DNA of 20,626 nucleotides from Gemmatimonadota bacterium (GTDB taxonomy: Bacteria > Latescibacterota > UBA2968 > UBA8231). A program made the translations under genes and the position numbers. Under the pieces are notes generated by a model. That model searched no databases. It saw nothing but the letters and a program-made list of their open reading frames with translations, and was not told the origin of the DNA. Below, one piece after another: positions 8,571 to 17,013 of the stretch (position 1 is its first letter; every line of letters begins with the position of its first letter). The stretch is from assembly GCA_038128265.1 (NCBI GenBank), contig JAYPJE010000001.1:47529-68154 (forward strand). Direction: 5' to 3'.

Positions 8571-9326
8571 TCAGGCTCTGTACTGAGTGACCATATCGTC
8601 GTAGCGCAGTGCGCTGCCGCCAAACATATCGAGCGCGCTTCCCACCGTAAAGTCTAATTTGCCATCGCCGAGCTGTGCTATGCGATCGATGTCGCTTTGG
8701 GCGCGCACGCCGCCGGCATAGGTTGTGGGCAGTGGAGTAATCTGACCTAGTAGAGATACCAGGTCGACGTCAATGCCCTGCTGCTTACCTTCGACGTCGG
8801 TGGCGTGTATGAGAAATTCGCAGCACGAGTCGGCGAGCATCTGCAGGTTGGCTCGCGACATCTCGAAGTCCGTTGCCTGTTGCCAGCGGTTGGTCATGAC
8901 GACGTAGCGATGGCCAATGCGGGCACAGCTCAGATCTAAAACGAGGTGCTGGCGACCTATGGCAGCGACGAGTTTGCGCAGATTGTCGCGGTCGAGCTGT
9001 CCATCGCGAAAGACGTAAGATGTGGCAATGAGATGGGATGCGCCGCGCTCCAACCACTGAGGAGCATTGTCGGCGTTGATGCCACCGCCTAGCTGCAGGC
9101 CCTGTGGGTACGCTCGCAGAGCCTCTGCGGCGGCCTCTTCGTTGCCGGGACCCAGCATGATAACGTGTCCACCGGACAGGCCATCGCTGCAATAGCGCGC
9201 GGCAAAGTGGGCCGCGCCGTGCTGGGCGACAAAGTTGGTCGTCGGCGCGCTCTCGTCGTTGAGAGACGAGCCGACAATTTGTTTGACTTGCCCCTGGTGC
9301 AGGTCAATACAGGGACGGAAGCGCAT
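8571..9326 (-). CDS. hisA: ProFAR isomerase HisA, eukaryotic (His6)-type
   Basis: FRPCIDLHQGQVKQIVG, GGHVIMLG, LVLDLSC, EFLIHATDVEG, TYAGG, TVGSALD: motifs of the His6-like HisA family. Confidence 0.92.
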   Translation of the reverse strand: MRFRPCIDLHQGQVKQIVGSSLNDESAPTTNFVAQHGAAHFAARYCSDGLSGGHVIMLGPGNEEAAAEALRAYPQGLQLGGGINADNAPQWLERGASHLIATSYVFRDGQLDRDNLRKLVAAIGRQHLVLDLSCARIGHRYVVMTNRWQQATDFEMSRANLQMLADSCCEFLIHATDVEGKQQGIDVDLVSLLGQITPLPTTYAGGVRAQSDIDRIAQLGDGKLDFTVGSALDMFGGSALRYDDMVTQYRA

Positions 9327-10417
9327 CAGTCGATGCGGTAGCGCTGCAATTTTTCCTCATCTAGGCTAACACCCAGACCGGGCCCGGACGGCGGGTAGAG
9401 GTAGCCCTCTTCGATGCGCAGCGTTTCGTTGATAATATCGTCGCTGTGGTAGACAAAGCCGTTGACATCGCTGGCATAGCCGATATTGCGCATGGCAAAG
9501 GCCAGGTGAGCTTGGGCCGCCGTGCCGATGCCCAATTCGGGCATGCTGCCTATGATGCAGGGCAGTCGCGCCGCTTCGGCGATGGCGAAGATATGGGCCG
9601 CTGGACCTAAGCCACCGGCTTCGGAGACGTAGACGTTAAATACGTCGACGGCATTGGCGCGGATACAGGCCATGGCATCGGAAGGAGTCCAGACGCTTTC
9701 GTCGGCCATGATCGGAACTTCGACGTTGGCGCGAACAAAGCGCAGTCCTTCCATATCGCTGTAATGCAGGGGTTGTTCGATTAGCTCCAAGTCAAATACG
9801 GAGAGCTCGTTGATTTGGCGCACGGCTTCTTTGGCAGAAGCCCAGCCCATATTGGCGTCGACGCGCAGCGTGATATCGCCCACTTCGCTGCGAATCGCAT
9901 CCAGTATTTGGAGGTCGGCTTGCAAATCGCGCCCGACTTTGCACTTGAGTGTTTGATAGCCCTCTTCTGCGAGTCGCGTAGCCTGTTCGACGATATCTTC
10001 GGGATCGCCCATAGACAGCGAGTGGCTGAGCAGCACGCGCTCGCGCACCTGGCCGCCGAGCAGAGTGTACACCGGTGCGTTCAGCATCTTGCCCACTAGG
10101 TCGTACAGGGCCATTTCGACACCCGCCTTGGCCGGGTACGAGCGGTGCAAGAGCGAGTCCATGAGGGCGCTGATCGCGCTTATTTGCGTTGGGTCTTGGC
10201 CGACGAGCGCTTCGGCGAGCAGGCCGTTAATCGTCTCGCTCTCTCCGCGACCGCGGCGGTCCCAGATGCTGGAGGCTTCGCCCAGACCAACGAGCCCTTC
10301 ATCGGTGTGAATGCGCACTACGGCGTTCTCGCTAGCCTGTTGAACGCCGAGGCTGCTCTTGAAGGGGCGCGGACGCGGCACGCGCACGGGTATGGCTTCA
10401 ATACTAGTGATTTTCAT
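9326..10417 (-). CDS. Enolase-superfamily enzyme, muconate lactonizing enzyme / dipeptide epimerase subgroup (substrate unknown)
   Basis: IHTDEGLVGLGE, AGVEMALYDLVGK, KCK (KxK), DAN, EQP, DES, GSMPE, GPGLG. Stop overlaps the hisA start (TGATG). Confidence 0.9.
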   Translation of the reverse strand: MKITSIEAIPVRVPRPRPFKSSLGVQQASENAVVRIHTDEGLVGLGEASSIWDRRGRGESETINGLLAEALVGQDPTQISAISALMDSLLHRSYPAKAGVEMALYDLVGKMLNAPVYTLLGGQVRERVLLSHSLSMGDPEDIVEQATRLAEEGYQTLKCKVGRDLQADLQILDAIRSEVGDITLRVDANMGWASAKEAVRQINELSVFDLELIEQPLHYSDMEGLRFVRANVEVPIMADESVWTPSDAMACIRANAVDVFNVYVSEAGGLGPAAHIFAIAEAARLPCIIGSMPELGIGTAAQAHLAFAMRNIGYASDVNGFVYHSDDIINETLRIEEGYLYPPSGPGLGVSLDEEKLQRYRID

Positions 10418-10450
10418 GGTGGTCTAGTATAGGTGGGGTGGCTATGGGCG

Positions 10451-11008
10451 TCAAGACTGTGCGTATATACTCAGGTTTGTATTGCCGTATTCGCGCATGC
10501 GCAGGCAGCGCAGCGAGCCGGCTTCTTCGGGTAAATCCAGTTCTTTTTGGTGCTGAGCGAGAATGAGTCCACTCTCGTGTAGGAGCTGCACGGCGGCTAG
10601 CTTTTCCAACAGAGCTAGACAGAGGGGGGCGCCCGCATGGCGGGCGTGATAGGGCGGATCCAGATAGATGGCGTCGAATCGATGGGCTTCTTGATCAAGT
10701 CGTGCGATAAGCAGCTCGGCGCGCACGTCGTGCATTTGTGCGCCAATACGCCACGTGCGGAGCAGGGAACGCAGGTGATTGTAGCGCCGCCTGTCCGGTT
10801 CGTTAAAGACCACTTGGGCGCCGCGGCTGAGCGCCTCTAAGCCCATTTGTCCCGAACCCGCACACAGGTCGAGGAAGCGCGTCCCCTGCAAGTCGGCGCC
10901 GAGCATGGCAAAGACAGATTCTTTGAGACGGGAAGAGGTGAGGCGAAGATTGCCGAGGCGACTGGATGGTATGCGCCGCCCGCGTAGACTGCCGGTCACG
11001 ATGCGCAC
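10451..11008 (-). CDS. rsmD: 16S rRNA m2G966 methyltransferase, RsmD family
   Basis: MRIVTGSLRGR, LKESVF, LDLCAGSGQMGLEALSRGA, DPPY, REYGNT. Confidence 0.9.
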   Translation of the reverse strand: MRIVTGSLRGRRIPSSRLGNLRLTSSRLKESVFAMLGADLQGTRFLDLCAGSGQMGLEALSRGAQVVFNEPDRRRYNHLRSLLRTWRIGAQMHDVRAELLIARLDQEAHRFDAIYLDPPYHARHAGAPLCLALLEKLAAVQLLHESGLILAQHQKELDLPEEAGSLRCLRMREYGNTNLSIYAQS

Positions 11009-11088
11009 GGATTGCGGACCTTTCTGGAACGGAGAACGAGCAACTTAACGCGTCGGGGTTGGGAAAAGAGGCGTGCCGTGGCGAGACG

Positions 11089-12228
11089 TTAGGCGGTTGG
11101 TGCGCCGGCAATCGATTCCCACACTACAGTACCCAGCGTGGTGCTCAGGCGCGCTTCTTCGAGTTCGGCACTGCGGACGCGGTGCGCGTTCTCATTGCCC
11201 TCGGCGTCGATAAGCGTCACCGTAAACGCGTCTTCTTCCGCTCCCGCCGCGACTTGGCACGTAGCCGAGCTGTCGGTAAAGACGTATTCGTCTTGCTCGT
11301 TCGTCGCTACGCGCGGTAGCATAAAACGCAGCGACGATTCGGGGTGTATGCCACCCTCTATGTAGAGCGTTTGGTGCTGGTTGCGAATGTCATCGGCAAT
11401 ATCCTCCATCTTTTGCCTATCGCCCTGTTGACCATGGACGATAAAGTCGCGCTCGGCGACGAGGAGGAAAAGCTCGCGCAGCTGTTTGAGAAGCTGTAGG
11501 AAAACCTTCTCACGCGCCGGGTTGTCACTTATGTACTTGCGGTTGGAGCGTGCTAGGTAGCCAACAACGCCCTTGGCAAAGAACTCCAGCAGCGCTGATT
11601 TGCGCCGGGTCTCGCTCAGTTCGCCCACGGAAGAGTAGAAGCTCGACAGGTTGATCCGCACCTGGTTATTCTCGTGCGATATGATGCGGCTGACGTTGAA
11701 ATTGAGCGGTATGAGCGTTGCTTTACACGAGCGGTCGACGCGCTTCTCCTCTTGGCGGATTTGGCGTTCTAGTGCTTCGAGGTCGTCCTGCACGTGGGAG
11801 AAGCCGCGATATATATCCTCAATAGCGGATTTTCTATCGCCGTAGTCGCCCAACAGCAGCTGCGTTTGCATCAGCTCGCCGCCGATATAGGCATCGCCCG
11901 TAGTGGATACTCGGCTGTCTTGGACGTCGCCATCTACGTAGAGGGCTTTGCACTGTATCTGTGCATGAAAGACATTGCCCTTGATTAGCAGGTCGCCTGC
12001 AACCTGGACGCGGCAAGGATTGTTCGGCATGCCGTTGAGCGAGCCGTCGATGACCATTGAGCAGCGGCCGCTCGCACTGGTTCCCCCGGGCATGTCCATC
12101 AGCATATGGCCGTTTGTATCGCCTGCGTCAAACGCATTGCGACCGGCGATCAGTGCCTTGCACTCGGTCGTTTCGCCGTCTTTCAATAGCTCTTTTTCGA
12201 CGGCGTCGATAGCGAAAATGGAAGCCAT
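11089..12228 (-). CDS. Hypothetical protein resembling the C-terminal part of FapA/DUF342 (beta-solenoid plus coiled coil)
   Basis: Repeated short beta-turn units (VIDGSL, VAGDLLIKGNV, YVDGDV, TGDAYIGG), a coiled coil (LEALERQIRQEEKRV), then LYIEGGIHPESSLRF, resembling the FapA 'V.G.IYPGV.I' motif. The family call is inference. Confidence 0.55.
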   Translation of the reverse strand: MASIFAIDAVEKELLKDGETTECKALIAGRNAFDAGDTNGHMLMDMPGGTSASGRCSMVIDGSLNGMPNNPCRVQVAGDLLIKGNVFHAQIQCKALYVDGDVQDSRVSTTGDAYIGGELMQTQLLLGDYGDRKSAIEDIYRGFSHVQDDLEALERQIRQEEKRVDRSCKATLIPLNFNVSRIISHENNQVRINLSSFYSSVGELSETRRKSALLEFFAKGVVGYLARSNRKYISDNPAREKVFLQLLKQLRELFLLVAERDFIVHGQQGDRQKMEDIADDIRNQHQTLYIEGGIHPESSLRFMLPRVATNEQDEYVFTDSSATCQVAAGAEEDAFTVTLIDAEGNENAHRVRSAELEEARLSTTLGTVVWESIAGAPTA

Positions 12229-12229
12229 A

Positions 12230-12640
12230 TTATCTGATTGAGTCGGGAGCTACACCAAGGCTGCGAATTTCGTCCATCGCGCCGTGTATTTGCTTGGCCT
12301 TATTGAGGAGCGTCGTAAACGTCTGTACGTTCACAGGTTTAGATATAAGGACATCAACGCAGCCGGCGACTTCATCGGATATCTGTTCGGGGAGAAAACC
12401 AGAAATTACGGCTATGATAGCATGGGGGCACATATTGCGCAGCATGGCTATGATCTCCAAGCCGCTTGCCCCGGGCATTTGTATATCGAGCGTGATTACG
12501 TCGTAGGTCTTTCTGAGGACCTGCGTCATGGCGTCTTCGCCGCTGCCAGCGATGTCGATTTCATCGAACCCATTAATCTCAGCTAGCTGTGAAAAGTAGT
12601 GAGTTATGGTATCCTCATCATCAACAATTAAGATTCTCAC
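12230..12640 (-). CDS. Single-domain response regulator (receiver only, short C-terminal helix)
   Basis: MRILIVDDE, LDIQMPG (phospho-Asp), ISG, SKP; GTG start; 1-nt gap to the next gene. Confidence 0.92.
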   Translation of the reverse strand: MRILIVDDEDTITHYFSQLAEINGFDEIDIAGSGEDAMTQVLRKTYDVITLDIQMPGASGLEIIAMLRNMCPHAIIAVISGFLPEQISDEVAGCVDVLISKPVNVQTFTTLLNKAKQIHGAMDEIRSLGVAPDSIR

Positions 12641-12689
12641 GGTTGCAGCCCTCTCAAATAAATTTAGTTTGCTCTAAACCTATTGTAGT

Positions 12690-12718
12690 AAGTTAAATAT
12701 ATCTGCGCGGAATGACAA
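12690..12718 (-). promoter_or_regulatory. Possible sigma70 promoter for the response regulator / FapA-like pair
   Basis: TTGTCA-N17-TAACTT on the minus strand, in an AT-rich patch. Confidence 0.4.
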
Positions 12719-12852
12719 AACGCAATCTTATTTGCATCGGATACGGTGGCTCTTTTCGACGAGAGCTGGCCCCATATGCAGGGCATATCGGCAGGGTATA
12801 CCGTTCGATTTCGCAGGCGCAGATCGCGTCGCACGAGGCCTAGATGGGTTTG

Positions 12853-13896
<1,044 letters not shown>

Positions 13897-14379
13897 CTAC
13901 AGGCGAAGTTCAAAGAGGACGACTTCGTCTTCAACCATGAGCACCGTGGTGTGTTGATTGGCTTTTTGTGCCGTCCACTGGTCGAGACCAATCTTTGTAA
14001 TGGTTGGTATGGATAGGTCAAATTTGAGCATCGGGCCAAATGCGGCGATGAGAAACTTTCCGCAGACCACGTTGAGCAATTCCTTGAGCGCGTCGGCTAT
14101 GTCTTCTTCCTCTAAGTCTTCGGAGTCCATGCCGAGCATATTGGTGATGAGCTCGGAGCACAGGTTTGGAGTAAATACCAGGCCCAAGCGGCCGGAGCAG
14201 GGGCCGTCGAATTGAATGCGAGCGTACATGAAGGAAGCGGCGGGTGCTTCAACCGCTTCACTTTCCCCGTGCTCTGCGAACATAAAGGCCTGTTCCTGCA
14301 AGACATCCGAAAGTATTTCTTCCAGGGTGGTCGACGAGATGGGGTTGTCGCCGAGGCCGGAGTTCGTTGGGTCACTCAT
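13897..14379 (-). CDS. cheX: CheX/CheC-family chemotaxis phosphatase
   Basis: ARIQFDGPCSGRLGL, DALKELLNVVCG (ExxN catalytic motif), LSIP. Start ATG 14379 gives an ATGA overlap with the cheY stop. Confidence 0.8.
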   Translation of the reverse strand: MSDPTNSGLGDNPISSTTLEEILSDVLQEQAFMFAEHGESEAVEAPAASFMYARIQFDGPCSGRLGLVFTPNLCSELITNMLGMDSEDLEEEDIADALKELLNVVCGKFLIAAFGPMLKFDLSIPTITKIGLDQWTAQKANQHTTVLMVEDEVVLFELRL

Positions 14380-14759
14380 GCATCCGTCTCCAGTATTTCT
14401 TCGACTACGGCTTTGACGCTTTCCGGGCGCACAGGCTTGCACAAGTAGTCGCGAATGCCCAGATCGCGCAGGTCGTTCATGCGCTGCTGGCTCGAATCGC
14501 TGGTTACGACGACCACGGGCACCGATTCCAAGAGGCCGTCTTTTGCCATGGCTTCTATCATTTCGATCCCGGTCATAACGGGCATGTGTAAGTCGGTAAT
14601 AACCAAATCGATCCAGTTTGCCTTGAGCATGGAGAGCGCCTCAGAGCCGTTTTCAGCGATAAATACCTCGTTGACTGGCAGGCCGCTAATTCTGAGCATT
14701 TTTGCTAACATCATGCGCGCCGTTTTGGAGTCGTCGACGACGAGTACGTTATAGCTCAT
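14376..14759 (-). CDS. cheY: CheY-like single-domain response regulator
   Basis: VLVVDDS, TDLHMP, VTS, CKP; lies within the che operon; TAATG overlap with cheD. Confidence 0.88.
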   Translation of the reverse strand: MSYNVLVVDDSKTARMMLAKMLRISGLPVNEVFIAENGSEALSMLKANWIDLVITDLHMPVMTGIEMIEAMAKDGLLESVPVVVVTSDSSQQRMNDLRDLGIRDYLCKPVRPESVKAVVEEILETDA

Positions 14760-15262
14760 TAGAGTTCTCTCTCTCCCGATTGGGATTTGACAATAACCTT
14801 ACCGGACTCGAGGAATAGGCTCATGGTGCGCGATTTGTTGCCTCCCACATCCTCCGCAGAGATAAGCAGATCGTTCTTCCACAGCAACTTGCGCAGCACG
14901 ATATAGTTGCGCTCACCAATTTTAAAATGTTTTTCGGGGTCGATAAGCAGGGCACCGCCGGCGACTTTGATTTGCAAATTTTGCCGACTTGCGCCCTTGG
15001 CAAAAAGCGCTTTAAAAAACAGCGGTATGCCGGTGTCGACAAACATGAGCGGATTGTTCTGTGCCTTTTCCGGCGAGAGCTTGGACAGGGGCAGCATGAT
15101 GTGGATGAGGCCGCCGACGTGCGTGGCCGGGTCGTAGGCGGTAACGCCGACGCAGGACCCCAGCGCGTGCGTGATAATCTCGGCGCGGCTATCGCTGGAT
15201 ATGAACATATCCGATATGCCGACCGTGTGGCGATGCACCGTTATGTCATTTCCGGCGTGCAC
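14759..15262 (-). CDS. cheD: Chemoreceptor glutamine deamidase CheD
   Basis: ALGSCVGV (catalytic Cys), GGLIHIMLP, KVAGGA, IGERN, EDVGG..SRT. Exact start uncertain. Confidence 0.95.
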   Translation of the reverse strand: MHAGNDITVHRHTVGISDMFISSDSRAEIITHALGSCVGVTAYDPATHVGGLIHIMLPLSKLSPEKAQNNPLMFVDTGIPLFFKALFAKGASRQNLQIKVAGGALLIDPEKHFKIGERNYIVLRKLLWKNDLLISAEDVGGNKSRTMSLFLESGKVIVKSQSGEREL

Positions 15263-16089
15263 TATGCCTTCTCGTACACAGCGGGCTGTCTGTAGGCAAA
15301 GGGGTGGTTGACGCTGGCTAGGCTCTCTGAGTGACCTATGAACAGATGGCCGCCCGGGCGCAGCATCTCGTAGTAGCGGTTGACCAATCGCTCTTGGGTT
15401 TGTCGATCAAAGTAAATCATTACATTTCGACAGAGAATGAGATCAAATGGGCCTTGCATAGGCCAGCGGCCCATCAGGTTGAGATTGGCAAATCGGATCA
15501 GCGAGCGAATTGGTTGAATAACTGAAAAGTGCTCGGGGTCGCTCTTTTGCAAATACGCTTTGACATAGTGCGGGGGAATATCGGCTATCTGGTCGGTGCG
15601 ATAGATGCCGCGGCGCGCCTTTTCCAAGATGGAGTCTGATATATCGGTGGCCAGGATGCGCACCGACTTTGCCTTGGGGTATTTGTCGAGAAGCAACATA
15701 CCGAGGGAATAGGGTTCTTCGCCCGAGGAGCAGCCCGCGCTCCAAATGCGAACGTCGTCCCGCGGTGACCACTGCGGCAGGATGGTGCCCGTCAGGAAGT
15801 CAAAGTGGGCCTGCTCGCGAAAAAAACTGGTCTTGTTGGTCGTCATCGAATCGATCAGCGTTAGCAGTTCGCGCTTGGACTGATCTCTCTCGACGTAGCC
15901 TAGGTACGTATCAAAGCTGTCTATGCCGAGTGCGCGCATGCGCTTGGTCAGGCGGTTTTTTACCAGGTTTTCCTTGCCGGCTTTTAGATCGATCCCACTA
16001 GCTTTGTACAGCCATGCCTGTATGCGCTCATAGTGCGCATCCGTAAGAGAATATTCGCCGGGTACATTGGTTTGAGAACTCATTGTCAT
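15262..16089 (-). CDS. cheR: Protein-glutamate O-methyltransferase CheR
   Basis: TTNKTSFFRE, IWSAGCSSGEEPYS, ATDIS, CRNVMIYF, GHSE. Start probably ATG 16089 or 16083 rather than 16125. Confidence 0.96.
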   Translation of the reverse strand: MTMSSQTNVPGEYSLTDAHYERIQAWLYKASGIDLKAGKENLVKNRLTKRMRALGIDSFDTYLGYVERDQSKRELLTLIDSMTTNKTSFFREQAHFDFLTGTILPQWSPRDDVRIWSAGCSSGEEPYSLGMLLLDKYPKAKSVRILATDISDSILEKARRGIYRTDQIADIPPHYVKAYLQKSDPEHFSVIQPIRSLIRFANLNLMGRWPMQGPFDLILCRNVMIYFDRQTQERLVNRYYEMLRPGGHLFIGHSESLASVNHPFAYRQPAVYEKA

Positions 16090-16483
16090 CGTCTGCTTTC
16101 GACCATTAATATAAGTCATAAACAAAACACTAGGCCAGAGATTTTACATGACCTAAGTCATTTATATTTACGTATTTAAAAATACTAAAACAAACCCTTT
16201 TCAGGATCGTAGAGCTGCGAGGCCCACCCCGAGGCGTTATCGTTATGCGACCGTTGGCTGCAGGTAGTGCGGTATCCGCTGCACCGGTCGCGCCGCACGC
16301 GTGCGCCATTGTGCAGCCTGACCGACGGGGTATTGCGATATGGCATGCGGTGGTGTGAAGAGCGGGAGCTATCTTATCGCACTACTGTTGCACTCGCCTC
16401 TGCGCGCGCGCCGCCCACGCGAAATGATGCACTCCGAGACGATACGCGTCGCGCCGAGTGGTGGGCGACAGACTGCTGCGTTC

Positions 16484-16981
16484 CTAGGCGGCCTCTTGGA
16501 CCTGGGCAACGCGGCCCAACTCGGCGCGCGAGAGGACTCTATCGATATTGAGCAGCAGCTTGATGCTGTTGTCCGTCTTGCCAATACCGAGGATGTAATT
16601 GATGCTGATGCCCTTATTGCCAAAAGCGGGGGGCGGCTGTATGGCGCTTGAAGGAATGTCAATAACTTCGGACACGCGATCGACGACAATGCCCATTTCC
16701 AATTCCTGTGCCTGCACTACGATGATGCAGGTCTCGCCGTTTGATTCTATGGTCTCCATGGCAAATTTGGCGCGCAGATTTACTACGGGAATGACCTTGC
16801 CGCGCAGGTTAATGACGCCGCAGAGGAAATCCGGCGTGCGCGGAACGGGGGTGATGTCCATCATACCGATGATTTCGCGCACCTTTAAAATTTCCAGACC
16901 GTACTCTTCTCGGTCGAGAAAAAAAGTGAGGTATTTGCCTCCCAAATCGGTCGGCTCATTGTTGTGTGAGGCTTCGGTCAT
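16484..16981 (-). CDS. cheW: Chemotaxis coupling protein CheW
   Basis: KYLTFFL..EEYG, VREII, ITPVP, GVINLRGKVIPV, GIVVDRVSEV; GGAG upstream of the ATG. Confidence 0.97.
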   Translation of the reverse strand: MTEASHNNEPTDLGGKYLTFFLDREEYGLEILKVREIIGMMDITPVPRTPDFLCGVINLRGKVIPVVNLRAKFAMETIESNGETCIIVVQAQELEMGIVVDRVSEVIDIPSSAIQPPPAFGNKGISINYILGIGKTDNSIKLLLNIDRVLSRAELGRVAQVQEAA

Positions 16982-17013
16982 GGTGAATTATCTCCGCTTT
17001 CTTGAGGTATTCT

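Noticed and set aside
12749..12788. Short hairpins after cheB (GCTCT/AGAGC; ATATGC-N3-GCATAT) as a terminator
   Set aside because: Stems of only 5-6 bp and no U-tract on the minus strand.
16121..16137. TGGCC...TTGT as a second sigma54 promoter before cheR
   Set aside because: No GC dinucleotide at the required 10-nt spacing from GG.
16267..16689. Short ORFs over the cheW-cheR spacer as a small gene or MCP remnant
   Set aside because: They overlap cheW and show no MCP heptad or hairpin-tip motif by eye.
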